In this document: one piece after another, positions 37,801-48,030 of the stretch
Position numbering within the stretch: position 1 is the stretch's first letter
How the letters are laid out: each line of letters begins with the position of its first letter
Assembly (NCBI GenBank): GCA_040377305.1
Contig: JBEIPA010000003.1
Span: 96,001-160,000, forward strand
DNA length: 64,000 bases
Direction of reading: 5' to 3'
Origin: Flavobacteriales bacterium
GTDB taxonomy: Bacteria > Bacteroidota > Bacteroidia > Palsa-965
Made by a program: the position numbers and the translations under genes
The notes under the pieces: generated by a model
Seen by the model: the letters and a program-made list of their open reading frames with translations, nothing else
What the model was told of the DNA's origin: nothing
Databases searched by the model: none

Positions 37801-40800
37801 ACAAATCCAATTTGTGTTGGCGGTTCCACAACTTTAACCGGTGGTGGCGCATCAACGTATGTTTGGAATCCGGGAAGTATTCCGGGAAGTCCAATTAACG
37901 TTGCTCCAGGTTCAACTCAAACATACACGGTAACCGGAACTGATGGTAACGGTTGTACGAACTCATCACAGATTACAGTTACTGTTGTTCCTACACCTAC
38001 GGTAACCGCAAGTGCGAATACAAATCCAATTTGTGCAGGATCACCAACTACTTTAACTGCAGTTGGTGCGACGACTTACAACTGGATGCCGGGTAACCTG
38101 AGCGGAAATTCAATAACCGTTTCACCGGGTGCTACAACATCTTATACTGTTACGGGAACGAGCGGAACCTGTACTTCTTCTTTTGTAATTACCGTTACGG
38201 TGAATCCAACGCCGGTTGTTTCATCCTCTGTGGGAACAAATCCAATTTGTGCAGGTGCTTCAACTTCACTGAGTGCAAGTGGTGCTGTAACCTACGTTTG
38301 GAATCCGGGTTCATTACCGGGCTCACCGGTTTCAGTAACTCCTGCGTTAACTACAACTTATACCGTTACAGGAACAGACGCAAACGGATGTACTTCTACA
38401 TCACAGATTACAGTCACTGTAAATCCAGTGCCAACAGTTACCGCTACACCACCATCTGCCACAATTTGCGCGGGATCAAGTGTAACGATTAACATGACTG
38501 GTGCTGCTTCGTACAGCTGGCTGCCGGGACCACTTGCCGGATCTTCGCAAACATTGAGTCCCGCTTCAACAACCACGTATACAATTACGGGTACTGGTGC
38601 GAATGGTTGTACAGACACTGCGCAAGTAATGGTTACAGTTAATACGTTACCAACGGTTACGGCAACTTCAGCTCCGACAACAATTTGTGCGGGTCAATCT
38701 GCAACACTTTCAGCTGGCGGTGCTTCAACGTATGAGTGGAATCCGGGTTCTTTGCCAGGTTCTTCAGTGAGCGTTACTCCTGCTTCAACGACTACTTACA
38801 CATTGACGGGAACAGACGCGAATGGATGTTCAGACACGGCACAAGTTACCGTAATTGTGAATCCACTTCCGGTTCCAACGGTAGCGGCAACGCCGAACAC
38901 ACTTTGTTTGGGCGATACTGTCCAACTTTCTGCGGGAGGTGGATCTGTATACACATGGAACGGCGGAACACTTTCGAATGCATCCGGTGCAAATCAAATT
39001 GACACACCTTCGGTTACTACAACATATTCTGTAGTGGTGACCGATGGAAATGGTTGTGTTGATTCAACTACGGTAGCTGTAACTGTGAATCCGCTTCCGA
39101 CTGCTGATGCAGGATTGGATCAAACAGTTTGCGCGGGTACTACGATCACTATTACAGGTAACGGTGGAATCACTTACACCTGGAACGGCGGTGCGCTCAC
39201 AAATGCAAACGGATCATCACAATCTGATACGCCTCCACTCACTACCGATTATGAATTGACTGTAAGTGATGTGAACGGATGTACTGATCGTGATACAGTG
39301 ACGATTAACGTGAATGCACTTCCTATCGTTGGTGCCGGACCCGATGTTCAGATTTGCATCAACAGTTCAACACTACTCAATGGTAGCGGAGGAACATCTT
39401 ACGTTTGGACACCTGCAGGCAGCTTAGATGATGATTCAATTGCATCGCCAACTGCGTCCCCAGTTGTGACAACGACGTACGTTGTTGTTGGGACAGATAA
39501 CAATGGATGTTCAGATGATGACACAGTTGTTGTAACAATCGGCAATAACCTCACGGTGTTTGCGAGCAACGACATCACCATTTGTCCTGGCGATACTGCG
39601 GTACTAACTATTGTTGGTGGAACAATCTGGAGCTGGTCACCAGCGGCAACACTTGATCAGCCGGCAAATGATAGCACGAATGCATTCCCGACATCAACCA
39701 CAACATACACGGTGAACGTGCAGGATGCGAATGGTTGTCTTGGATTGGATTCAGTAACGGTATTTATCAACTCAAGTGTTGGCTTATCGGTTACAGGCGC
39801 TGCAACTATTTGCATCGGTCAATCGACATCGATCAATGCAACACCAAGTGGTGGAACAGGCCCATACACATACACGTGGGATAACAGCTTAACGGGCGCG
39901 GGTCCTCACATTGTTTCTCCAACGGTAACTACAACATACAATGTATTTGTGACCGATTCAATCGGATGTAATTCACAAACGCAGAGTGTTGTCGTAACAG
40001 TAAACCCAGCGTTGACTTTGAATACGATCACTCCTGTATCAGCCTGCGTAGGCGGAACGGCGAACCTAACAGCATCTGGTAGTGGTGGCGACAACAACTT
40101 AACGTACACATGGTATCCGGGAGCACTGACCGGAGCATCGCAAACAGTTACTGTGAATGCAACACAAACGTACACGGTGATTCTTACTGATGGATGCGGA
40201 ACTCCTGCAGATACCCAAGTGGTAACTGTAACCGCAAATCAACCTCCAACGGTTTCCTTGACTTCTGATGTGAACACAGGTTGTGCTCAGTTGTGTGTAA
40301 ACTTTACAGGAACTTCTTCCGGATCTTGTGCGGCTTCAGCCTGGGATTTCGGTGATGGAGGTAACGCTTCTACAGCAAATGCAACCTACTGTTACAACGT
40401 AGCAGGTGTGTACGACGTAATTTATAGCTGTACAGATGCGAATGGTTGCGTAGGATTTGATACGGTTGTAGGAATGATAACAGTAACTCCAGATCCAACA
40501 GCCGCAATGTCCATACCGAACGTAACAGTTCAGTTGAATGGTGGACAAGCAACGGTGTGTGTTACTGATCAATCAACAGGAGCAACTTCCTGGAGTTACC
40601 AGTTGAACGAGCCTAATGGAACCCAGTCGAGCACATTGCAGAATCCGTGCTTCACAGTAACAGATACCGGAGCGTATTCAATTTGGTTGACCACACAAAA
40701 TGCAAATGGTTGTGTGGATTACGACTCGCTTGTATTCTTTGTAGATTGGCCATGCACCGATCTGTTCGTACCAAGCGCATTCTCGCCAAACGGCGATGGA

Positions 40801-41028
40801 ATGAACGATACGTTCTACGTTTACGGAAATTGTATCTCCTTCATGCAACTGGAAATTTATAGTCGCTGGGGCGAGCAAGTGTTCATCTCAACAACTCCTG
40901 CGAATGGTTGGGACGGAACATGGCGAGGGAAAGATTGTGAGGCGGCCATATTCACTTACGTCTTACGAGGGCAGATGGACGATGGAACACCTCTCGAAAT
41001 GCAAGGAAACATTACACTCACCCGATAA
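34807..41028 (+). CDS. Large T9SS type-B cargo adhesin: Gly-rich head, about 16 disulfide-containing Ig-like repeats, 2 PKD-like domains, gliding-motility (CHU_C) CTD
   Basis: Signal peptide; poly-Gly N-region; ~73-aa repeats [28 protein letters not shown]...[11 protein letters not shown]; WDFGDG; [18 protein letters not shown]...IYSRWG...WDG...GNITLTR. Confidence 0.93.
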   Translation: MVRINYFAALISLFVSVSLFAQQGVHGPRTVNAANTIVNEYTSLTASVASGSTSITVANSTLNANGRFATALQPGDLIMIYQVQGVFFLHGGFVGPSDTTWGKIPNPWDYQQCGLYEFAQVSSVPNATTINVDCGLINSYNHDLVPAVPFNALEKVIVVRVPRYTSLTVNAGGVLTCDDWNGTTGGILAVEVQGTTTINAGGIIDATGKGFRGGSLVGDNVTAFGVNTTYSMNNSLGAEKGEGVAGYQSELDVFGGRYCRAPAVNGGGGGDGHNAGGGGGANAPNSTSGAAIWSGNGIPDQSVGGWTTAWSIEPPAGTMNLRTTANSAGGGRGGYSFSGSNQNAAAVPPGNAAWGGDARNHQATGLGGRPLSNMNGRVYFGGGGGAGDQNQSGGGVGGDGGGLIYMMCFGAVNGSGTIVSNGGNGANGQGGTGVITGIDAGGGGGAGGSILINAIGGVANTITVTTNGGNGGNQVINLPFSTNEGEGPGGGGGGGYIAVSSGAPTRNSNGGNNGTTNSAGVTEFIPNGATRGCPGTNNALVLNYDITLTNQTICAGQSVTITPVITGTPPFGYVLNYYNASTGGVPFASGTSYTTPALAVGTYTYWVGTCGGFWRESVTITVVGAPTVTSSATTNPICSGQSTTLTAGGTATTYVWNPGNIAGTSVSVSPTTTTTYTVTGTLMPGGCTNTSVITVTVNPTPTVTATASTVTICNGQSVTLTGGGATSYVWNPGNISGSPISVSPTGNTTYTVTGTSLGCSSTAQVAITVNPTPTVTASAGTNPICAGNSTTLTGGGASTYVWNPGNLPGSPISVSPSGTQTYTVTGTAANGCTNTGQITVTVTPTPTVTASASTLTICNGGSTTLTGGGATSYVWNPGNISGSPISVSPTGNTTYTVTGTTSGCSGTAQVAITVNPTPTVTSTAGTNPICAGASTTLTGNGATSYVWNPGSLPGSPISVTPATTTTYTVTGTGANGCTSNSQITVTVNPLPTVTSTAGTNPICVGGSTTLTGGGASTYVWNPGSIPGSPINVAPGSTQTYTVTGTDGNGCTNSSQITVTVVPTPTVTASANTNPICAGSPTTLTAVGATTYNWMPGNLSGNSITVSPGATTSYTVTGTSGTCTSSFVITVTVNPTPVVSSSVGTNPICAGASTSLSASGAVTYVWNPGSLPGSPVSVTPALTTTYTVTGTDANGCTSTSQITVTVNPVPTVTATPPSATICAGSSVTINMTGAASYSWLPGPLAGSSQTLSPASTTTYTITGTGANGCTDTAQVMVTVNTLPTVTATSAPTTICAGQSATLSAGGASTYEWNPGSLPGSSVSVTPASTTTYTLTGTDANGCSDTAQVTVIVNPLPVPTVAATPNTLCLGDTVQLSAGGGSVYTWNGGTLSNASGANQIDTPSVTTTYSVVVTDGNGCVDSTTVAVTVNPLPTADAGLDQTVCAGTTITITGNGGITYTWNGGALTNANGSSQSDTPPLTTDYELTVSDVNGCTDRDTVTINVNALPIVGAGPDVQICINSSTLLNGSGGTSYVWTPAGSLDDDSIASPTASPVVTTTYVVVGTDNNGCSDDDTVVVTIGNNLTVFASNDITICPGDTAVLTIVGGTIWSWSPAATLDQPANDSTNAFPTSTTTYTVNVQDANGCLGLDSVTVFINSSVGLSVTGAATICIGQSTSINATPSGGTGPYTYTWDNSLTGAGPHIVSPTVTTTYNVFVTDSIGCNSQTQSVVVTVNPALTLNTITPVSACVGGTANLTASGSGGDNNLTYTWYPGALTGASQTVTVNATQTYTVILTDGCGTPADTQVVTVTANQPPTVSLTSDVNTGCAQLCVNFTGTSSGSCAASAWDFGDGGNASTANATYCYNVAGVYDVIYSCTDANGCVGFDTVVGMITVTPDPTAAMSIPNVTVQLNGGQATVCVTDQSTGATSWSYQLNEPNGTQSSTLQNPCFTVTDTGAYSIWLTTQNANGCVDYDSLVFFVDWPCTDLFVPSAFSPNGDGMNDTFYVYGNCISFMQLEIYSRWGEQVFISTTPANGWDGTWRGKDCEAAIFTYVLRGQMDDGTPLEMQGNITLTR

Positions 41029-41040
41029 CAACGTACGACC

Positions 41041-42078
41041 ATGAAGATGAAAAATATTCTTTCGGCTTTAGCAGTTCTTGGTGCGGTAACGTTATCGGCA
41101 CAGGATATACACTTTTCTCAAACCACGGAGACTCCGCTCTTGTTAAATCCTTCGCAAGCAGGTTTAGGCATTGATGTGCGGGCTCACGTGAATTACAAAG
41201 ATCAGTGGAGAAGTGTAGTAAGTGCTCCTTACAAAACGATTAACGCTGGTGCAGATTTCGCATTGCTGAAACGCAATGGCGGAACGCACATGGGAATTGG
41301 CGTGAATCTGTTCAACGACAAAGCCGGCGATTCGAAAATGACTACGTCAATGGGTCAGCTTCACTTATCGGGCGTGGTAGCATTGAATAGCAACAATTTG
41401 CTTTCTGTAGGATTAGTTGCAGGTTACGCTCAGCGCAGCCTGAATAATTCTGAACTCACCTGGGGTAATCAATATGATGGCCAGCAGTACAATCCCGGAT
41501 CAGCATCGGGTGAACCGGCAAATTTCGCCAGCTTCAATTATTTGGATGTGGGTGCGGGCGTGTCCTGGTTCTTCGCAACCGGAAGTTCGAATCTGAGTTC
41601 AAAGGATGCGAAAATTTTCAATATCGGATTCAGCGTTCTGCACATCAACAAGCCGCAGTACAGTTTCTATGGTCAGAGTGATTCGAAATTGCCAATGAAA
41701 ATTGTTGCGCATGGTAACGCGTCCATCGGTCTTCGGAACACGAATCTCATTCTTGAACCATCGTACTTCGTGGCAATTCAAGCCGGGCATCGTGAAATTA
41801 TTCCGGGCTGTATGGCGAAATACATTTTCGGACAAAGTTCGCTGTATACTGATCGCAAGAAATCTTCAGCATTATCCTACGGATTATTTTTCCGCGTAGG
41901 CGATGCCATCGTACCGATGTTGCGTTATGAGTTTTCGTATTACTCCATCGCTGCAAGTTATGATGTTAACGTTTCAGGACTTACTGCAGCCAGCAGAGCA
42001 CGTGGTGGATTTGAAATGTCTTTGCGTTACATGATTCCAAATGCGTTCGGACAGAAAACATCACGCAGCTTAATTTAA
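41041..42078 (+). CDS. PorP/SprF-family T9SS outer-membrane protein
   Basis: QDIHFSQ...PLLLNPSQAG; NYKDQW; SYDVNVSGL...GGFEMSL; adjacent to type-B cargo genes. Confidence 0.92.
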   Translation: MKMKNILSALAVLGAVTLSAQDIHFSQTTETPLLLNPSQAGLGIDVRAHVNYKDQWRSVVSAPYKTINAGADFALLKRNGGTHMGIGVNLFNDKAGDSKMTTSMGQLHLSGVVALNSNNLLSVGLVAGYAQRSLNNSELTWGNQYDGQQYNPGSASGEPANFASFNYLDVGAGVSWFFATGSSNLSSKDAKIFNIGFSVLHINKPQYSFYGQSDSKLPMKIVAHGNASIGLRNTNLILEPSYFVAIQAGHREIIPGCMAKYIFGQSSLYTDRKKSSALSYGLFFRVGDAIVPMLRYEFSYYSIAASYDVNVSGLTAASRARGGFEMSLRYMIPNAFGQKTSRSLI

Positions 42079-42090
42079 TACCACGACTTT

Positions 42091-43740
42091 ATGAAACTAT
42101 TTCCGCTGATTGCATTTTCATTTTTCTCGCTTGCCGTACAAGCACAGGCTGATGTTGCTGGTTATGGAGGAGGTACTTGTACGAATTGTCCATCGGTACT
42201 GGATGGCAGCACTGTATTGGGACCGACTTACAGTAGGGATACTTGTGGATTGAACTATGTTACAGTTTCTCAAAAAATAGGACAGCGATTTACTCCAGCA
42301 GGCGCACCGCAACCGTGTACGCTTAGTGTTTCCGGTTTACCGACATGTTGTGTAATTGAGAGAGCGTATCTCTGGGCCGATGCATCAGGAACAGGAGCTG
42401 CAGTGAGTGCGACTATTGTGAATCCAAGTTCCGTGAGCAATTCGTATCCGATGACATTGATTGGTACTGATATCGATAAATGCTGGAGCTATCCGCAAAC
42501 CGATTCGTATCGTGCAGATGTAACGGGTGCGATTGCAGGCAATGGAAATTATGTATTCTCCGGTTTTCCGGTTTCATCTCCTGTAGACATTGACGGAATC
42601 ACGATGATGATTATTTACCGCGATCCGACTGCAACATATGAAGGCCACATCAATATTTGGGATGGAGCAGTTGTGATTGCAGGTGGAACCACATCGCAAA
42701 CGATCACCGGATTAAATCCATGTGCTAACTCCGTAAACCAGCGTGCATTTATGCAGGTTGCCGATTTGCAAGGACTAGGCGCTCTCATTTCAATGAATGG
42801 AGGTACACCGTTTGCAATTACAGAAGACTGGTGGAATTATATTGATCAACCAACAACGGCATTCACACCTGGACCAACCACATCTAACTTTCAGGTTGTT
42901 TCTTCCGGCGACTGTTACAACTTCATGATGATGGGAGTTTATTACCAGACCACTACGTGTAACGTCTGCACACCGCAAACTGCTGGTAACATCAATCTGA
43001 ATTCAACAGGCACGGGAACTTGTGCACCGAATAGCGGAGTGGCAACAACAAATCCCACAGGTGGAGTTGCGCCTTATACGTACAACTGGCAACCGGGTGG
43101 TGGAACAACACAAACCATCACAGGGCTTGCGCCGGGATCGTATACGGTTACCGTTATGGATGCAACGGGCTGTTCTGTTTCTACGGATACTGTTGTTGTT
43201 CCCGTTGGAGTTCCACCTAATGCGCAGTTTGCACTATCACCATATCCTACCGCTGCTTTCCCGGGACAATTGTGCATGGTTGATCAGACGGTCGGAGGTG
43301 CAACCTGGAATTGGGTAATCAACGGTGTTCCTTCATCAACAGCATCATCTTATTGTTACACCATTCCCGATACGAATGGCATCTGTGTTACTCTTTTTGT
43401 TCAGGACACATTGGGCTGTGGAGATTCAACAACCTTGTGTGTAACGATAATGGGAGAATCCATTATCACCATGCCGAATGTATTCACTCCGAATGGTGAT
43501 AATACAAACGACTCACTCGTTGCAACCTGGATTAATCTTACAAGTCTCGACTGTGAAATTTACGATCGCTGGGGCGTACTGATTTACCATTGGAATGCGC
43601 TCAACGGTGGGTGGGACGGCAAAACCGACAGCGGAAAAGAAGCAACCGATGGTGTGTATTATTACATCTGCACGGCTGTAACTACACAAGGTGAAGTGAG
43701 AAAATTATCCGGATTTGTTCATCTTATCCGATCGAAGTAA
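42091..43740 (+). CDS. T9SS type-B CTD protein with a SprB-like repeat, Cys-rich
   Basis: Signal peptide; GGVAPYTYNWQP...GLAPGSYTVTVMDATGC; CTD PNVFTPNGDNTND...IYDRWG...WDG..DGVYYY...GFVHLIR. Confidence 0.9.
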   Translation: MKLFPLIAFSFFSLAVQAQADVAGYGGGTCTNCPSVLDGSTVLGPTYSRDTCGLNYVTVSQKIGQRFTPAGAPQPCTLSVSGLPTCCVIERAYLWADASGTGAAVSATIVNPSSVSNSYPMTLIGTDIDKCWSYPQTDSYRADVTGAIAGNGNYVFSGFPVSSPVDIDGITMMIIYRDPTATYEGHINIWDGAVVIAGGTTSQTITGLNPCANSVNQRAFMQVADLQGLGALISMNGGTPFAITEDWWNYIDQPTTAFTPGPTTSNFQVVSSGDCYNFMMMGVYYQTTTCNVCTPQTAGNINLNSTGTGTCAPNSGVATTNPTGGVAPYTYNWQPGGGTTQTITGLAPGSYTVTVMDATGCSVSTDTVVVPVGVPPNAQFALSPYPTAAFPGQLCMVDQTVGGATWNWVINGVPSSTASSYCYTIPDTNGICVTLFVQDTLGCGDSTTLCVTIMGESIITMPNVFTPNGDNTNDSLVATWINLTSLDCEIYDRWGVLIYHWNALNGGWDGKTDSGKEATDGVYYYICTAVTTQGEVRKLSGFVHLIRSK

Positions 43741-43827
43741 CAATTTTCTAAAGTTGTCTCAAGACGATACCTGAACAATATTCAGAAGCGTGATACGTTT
43801 CGCGAATGGTAAACAGTGGTGAGCTTG

Positions 43828-44364
43828 CTACTGCTTAACTGTAGTTTTAGGTCGTCCGCCCTTGTAAAAGTACTTGGTATAGTACGCTTCATCCAAACAG
43901 CTGATCACAACGCCCCGGCTACTGGAAGCGTGGACAAATCTGCGGTTCTGCAGATACACACCCACGTGTGAAACCTTGTCGCTGTTGATCTTGAAGAAAA
44001 CCAAATCGCCCTGCTGAAGATTTTTTTCACTCACCGATTCACAAGCTTCATACATGGAATTTGCAGAGCCAGCTAAACTGATTCCGTATACTTCACGCAA
44101 TAGGTTGCTTGTAAATCCGGAACAATCGACGCCGGTTTTTGTTTTGCCACCATACTTGTATGGCGTTGCGTACCACTCGTCCACAAATCGATAGAGTTTA
44201 AGGTTGGTAATTTCCTTCTCTTCAACCTTAACTAATGCGGCATATTTCTTCCGCAATGCAATGTCGGCATCCGAAAGTTTTTCACCCGCGGTATGTTTCG
44301 ACCCTTTGCAGGATCCCAAAAACACCAGAAAAACGATTAAAAACGAAGATTTCAGCGACTTCAT
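43828..44364 (-). CDS. NlpC/P60 cell-wall endopeptidase lipoprotein (Spr/MepS-like)
   Basis: Lipobox LGSC; PYKYGG...GVDCSGF; GDLVFF; HVGVY; FVHASSSRGV. Confidence 0.93.
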   Translation of the reverse strand: MKSLKSSFLIVFLVFLGSCKGSKHTAGEKLSDADIALRKKYAALVKVEEKEITNLKLYRFVDEWYATPYKYGGKTKTGVDCSGFTSNLLREVYGISLAGSANSMYEACESVSEKNLQQGDLVFFKINSDKVSHVGVYLQNRRFVHASSSRGVVISCLDEAYYTKYFYKGGRPKTTVKQ

Positions 44365-44472
44365 GGTATATTAAAATTAGCCCACTGCTAACGCCTATTC
44401 CGACAGCAGCGCTCTAACTTCTCAAGTATAACGTGTTGAAAATCTGAACATTGTATTTTGCCCAAAGATTCG

Positions 44473-44480
44473 TATTTTTG
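44473..44480 (+). promoter_or_regulatory. Putative -7 promoter element (TATTTTTG) for the yfiR-like operon
   Basis: TAnnTTTG match upstream of ATG 44549. Confidence 0.45.
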
Positions 44481-44548
44481 AGAGATTTGGCGGGTTCCTG
44501 CATTCTCTGATTGTGTCAGATTGGCGCGGACTTTGCCTATTCCGGATT

Positions 44549-45082
44549 ATGCTTAAACGTATCAGCGTTTTATTCATTCTGTTTGTGTTGCCTGTAATGA
44601 TGGGTTTTCAAACCACTCCTACAGACACTAACGCTCGCGTGAAATCCGTTTTCATTTACAACTTCACGCGTTATGTTGAATGGCCGACTGATTACCAGAG
44701 CGGAAATTTCATCATCAACATGTACGGAACCAACGCTGCAATGCTCGCTGAGTTGAACACGATGGCGAAAACAAAAACAGTGGGTACACAGAAAATCGAA
44801 ATCAGAAACACGACTACACTTGATGGTATCGGAAAGTGCAATATCCTTTATGTAACTCCGGATGTAACGACCCCGATATCAGATATCGTCGCAAAAATAA
44901 AAGGGAAAAGTACGTTGCTCGTTACGGAGAAAAAGGGATTTGCTACACAAGGAGCCGCGATCAATTTCGTGGTGGTAGACAACAGACAAAAATTTGAATT
45001 GAACAAGGCGAATGCCGAGAAATACAGTCTTAAAGTTAGTGCGCAGTTAGTTACACTTTCAATACCAGTTGAAGACAAATAA
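44549..45082 (+). CDS. YfiR/HmsC-family (DUF4154) periplasmic regulator
   Basis: Signal peptide; VKSVFIYNFTRYVEWP; CNILYV; LLVTE; GAAINF; KFELN; LKVSAQLVTL. Confidence 0.88.
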   Translation: MLKRISVLFILFVLPVMMGFQTTPTDTNARVKSVFIYNFTRYVEWPTDYQSGNFIINMYGTNAAMLAELNTMAKTKTVGTQKIEIRNTTTLDGIGKCNILYVTPDVTTPISDIVAKIKGKSTLLVTEKKGFATQGAAINFVVVDNRQKFELNKANAEKYSLKVSAQLVTLSIPVEDK

Positions 45083-45086
45083 AACG

Positions 45087-46004
45087 ATGAAAAACAACGT
45101 AAGAAAAAGCGCAATGCTGTTGCTGCTGGGAGTTTTACTCTCGGGAGCTGCCGGACTGCAGGCGCAATCTTACTATCATCATGACCGTGCGTGGGAATTT
45201 GTGTTGTCGGGTCAGGTTGATAGTGCCAGAAAGGAGATTGATCTCCAGATGAAGGAGCCAGGTTCGGAGCGAGATCCGGAGTGCTGGTATACCTACGGCA
45301 TTGTGTACAATGAGATGTACAAGAAGTATGAAAATACGAATGTACAATCTAACTATCGTGTATTGGCTTTCAGCGCTTTCAAAACGGTGTTGGCAATGGA
45401 TACGGTTTCGGCCCGTGTACAGACCACTCGCGATTACATGAAGTATTATGCAACCCGTTTCTACAACGATGCGGTTTCTACACTGGATACAACGAATCAT
45501 GCGCAGTCTGTATCGTGCTACCGTGCATATCGTGAAGCTGCGGTTCTTGGTGATCCGAAATTCGATATCAAAAAGAAGGATATTGAATTCTATCTGGCTC
45601 TTGCTTCAACGTATACTGTAATTTACAATGTTGACAAGAAGAAGAACGCTGCGTATTTCGACTCTACGAAAAATACGTACTCATATGTTCTTACGCTGGA
45701 TGCAAATAATTACTCAGCTAACTATAATCTGGGCGTTCTATATTGGAACAAAGGAGTGGATCTGATGTATGATATTGATTACGACGATAGTCTCGGGGTA
45801 ATTTTCGATGTGCAGGATCACTCGGTTGAGCTTTTCAAGCAATCACTTCCATTTGCAGAGAAGGCATACCTGATGGAGCCAAAGCGCGAAGAAACACTCA
45901 TCGTACTTTCCGGAATTTATTACAGCCTTAACGAGTTCGAGAAATCGGACAAGTACAAAGAGATGTTAGATAATTTGAGGAATCAACCGAAGAAACCTGA
46001 ATAA
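45087..46004 (+). CDS. Exported TPR-repeat protein
   Basis: Signal peptide; WYTYGIVY; ANYNLGVLYWNKG; SLPFAEKAY...LSGIYYSL. Confidence 0.8.
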   Translation: MKNNVRKSAMLLLLGVLLSGAAGLQAQSYYHHDRAWEFVLSGQVDSARKEIDLQMKEPGSERDPECWYTYGIVYNEMYKKYENTNVQSNYRVLAFSAFKTVLAMDTVSARVQTTRDYMKYYATRFYNDAVSTLDTTNHAQSVSCYRAYREAAVLGDPKFDIKKKDIEFYLALASTYTVIYNVDKKKNAAYFDSTKNTYSYVLTLDANNYSANYNLGVLYWNKGVDLMYDIDYDDSLGVIFDVQDHSVELFKQSLPFAEKAYLMEPKREETLIVLSGIYYSLNEFEKSDKYKEMLDNLRNQPKKPE

Positions 46005-46038
46005 TCGTAACACAGATTAAAACGCACGCTGCCCGCTT

Positions 46039-47829
46039 ATGAATTTTCGCTTTTCGATTGGTGCAAAGATTCTCGTGGGCTTCGGCGTGCTCATTTTTCT
46101 CGTTACCATCGCATTTTTCCTCACGCTTTTTACCATTCGCGAGAGTCGTGAAATCAATGACACCATTGCCAAGCTTTACACACCTTCTGTAGATGCATTG
46201 CAGGAAATGCGACTCGTAATTACGCGGTCGAAAACCTACATGACTACCTGGGTAAACGTTCCGGGTCCATCGGAGGATAAGATTAAGGTGAAGAACCTCA
46301 TTGATTCCGAGTATCCTGAAGTGCGTAACCGCATCAACACACTTTCTGAAGGTTGGGATATTGCTGATCGCGATCAGATCAAGTATATCTTTTTGAAATG
46401 CGACACGCTTTGGATGATGGATCACCAGGTAATGGCCGATCTCAGCGCATTCGAAAGCTATGATGATCCTTCTATCGTATTCATGGCACGCCCACGTGTA
46501 CTCGATGAAGACGGAGACATTACGGACGCTACACGACAGATCAGCGACTTGCTAGACTTTCTGATTCAGAAGCAATATGATGCCGCTTCGAAAAAGCGGA
46601 TGGAAATGCTCGACTCTTTCCGTCAGCTGCAGATTGTGGTGGTGTTGCTGCTTGTAATCCTTCCGCTGGGAGGAATTTTCATTGCCTTGTTGACTGCACG
46701 AACAATTACAAAACCGGTCCGCAACCTCAAGAATACACTTCTTCAAATGGCGCGCGGTGTACTTCCGAAAAATAAAATTCCGAATCGTAATGATGAAGTA
46801 GGAGAGATGTCCGTTGCACTCAACAACCTTGTTGATGGTATGCGGTTAACCACTGAATTTGCGCGAGAGGTGGGTGCGAATAACTTCGATTCCTATTATA
46901 AGCCGCTTTCAGATGAAGATTCATTGGGGCATGCGCTTCTGAAAATGCGTTCCGATCTTCGGGAGAATGAACGTGTACTCGAAGCGAAAGTTATAGAACG
47001 TACAGAGGAAGTTGTTCGGCAGAAAGAGGAAATCGAAATCCAGAATCGCAAGCTGGAGATTCTATACAAGCATATCACCGATAGTATCCGCTACGCTAAG
47101 CGCTTGCAGGATGCAATTCTTCCAACCCAGGCTACGATTGAGCGTTTGCTTCCTGAATCGTTTGTGTTGTTCAAACCAAAAGACATTGTATCCGGCGATT
47201 TCTATTGGTTGTTTGAAACACCAAAACGAATTTTCATTGCAGTTGTAGATTGTACCGGTCACGGTGTGCCAGGCGCATTCATGAGCATTGTGGCGCACAA
47301 CATGCTCAATCAGATCGTAAAAGAAAATCCGGAGCTTAATGCGGCTGAATTCCTGAATGAACTGAATTCACTTGCGGGACAAACAATCAATCAGCACTCT
47401 GAGGATTCAGCTGTTCGCGACGGAATGGACATGACGCTTTGTATTCTCGACAAGGGCACAAACATGGTTGATATTGCCGGAGCGAATAATCCGCTTTACA
47501 TTTTCCGCAATGAAAATCTGCAGGAATTGCGTGCTGATAAATTGCCGATTGGTTACCTCGATGATCGTCCTTCGAAGAAGTTCACCAACAACCGAATTCA
47601 ACTCGAGAAAGGTGATACGTTGTATCTGTTTTCCGATGGTTATGCCGATCAGTTTGGTGGACCGAAAGGCAAAAAATTCATGGTTGGGCAATTCCGTTCT
47701 TTCCTCAGCCAAATTCACAAAGAATCAATGAAAGATCAGTATCGTACACTCGATCTTACCATTGAGCAGTGGCGTGGAAACCTCGAGCAGGTCGATGACA
47801 TTCTCGTTGTCGGATTCCGAATTTCTTAG
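46039..47829 (+). CDS. Membrane phosphatase: 4-helix-bundle sensor + HAMP + SpoIIE (PP2C)
   Basis: Two TMs flank a helical periplasmic domain; HAMP TITKPV...DEVGEMSVALNNL; PKDIVSGDFYW; VDCTGHGVPGA; SDGYADQFGG; QVDDILVVG. Confidence 0.92.
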   Translation: MNFRFSIGAKILVGFGVLIFLVTIAFFLTLFTIRESREINDTIAKLYTPSVDALQEMRLVITRSKTYMTTWVNVPGPSEDKIKVKNLIDSEYPEVRNRINTLSEGWDIADRDQIKYIFLKCDTLWMMDHQVMADLSAFESYDDPSIVFMARPRVLDEDGDITDATRQISDLLDFLIQKQYDAASKKRMEMLDSFRQLQIVVVLLLVILPLGGIFIALLTARTITKPVRNLKNTLLQMARGVLPKNKIPNRNDEVGEMSVALNNLVDGMRLTTEFAREVGANNFDSYYKPLSDEDSLGHALLKMRSDLRENERVLEAKVIERTEEVVRQKEEIEIQNRKLEILYKHITDSIRYAKRLQDAILPTQATIERLLPESFVLFKPKDIVSGDFYWLFETPKRIFIAVVDCTGHGVPGAFMSIVAHNMLNQIVKENPELNAAEFLNELNSLAGQTINQHSEDSAVRDGMDMTLCILDKGTNMVDIAGANNPLYIFRNENLQELRADKLPIGYLDDRPSKKFTNNRIQLEKGDTLYLFSDGYADQFGGPKGKKFMVGQFRSFLSQIHKESMKDQYRTLDLTIEQWRGNLEQVDDILVVGFRIS

Positions 47830-48030
47830 GATTTTCAGCTCGTTAAGAGTTGTAGTAATTGAGATTCGCGATTAACCGGATTACAAACGCGTGGAATTCT
47901 GGTTTTTCCCACCGAAATCCCTTATTTCGCAAATCATCTTATCCTCATTTTTCCTGTTGCCCAGTCCCTCCTTTTTTGGTAATTTGGCGACAATCCGTGG
48001 TCACACACCAGCTATGGATTGCTTGGCAAA

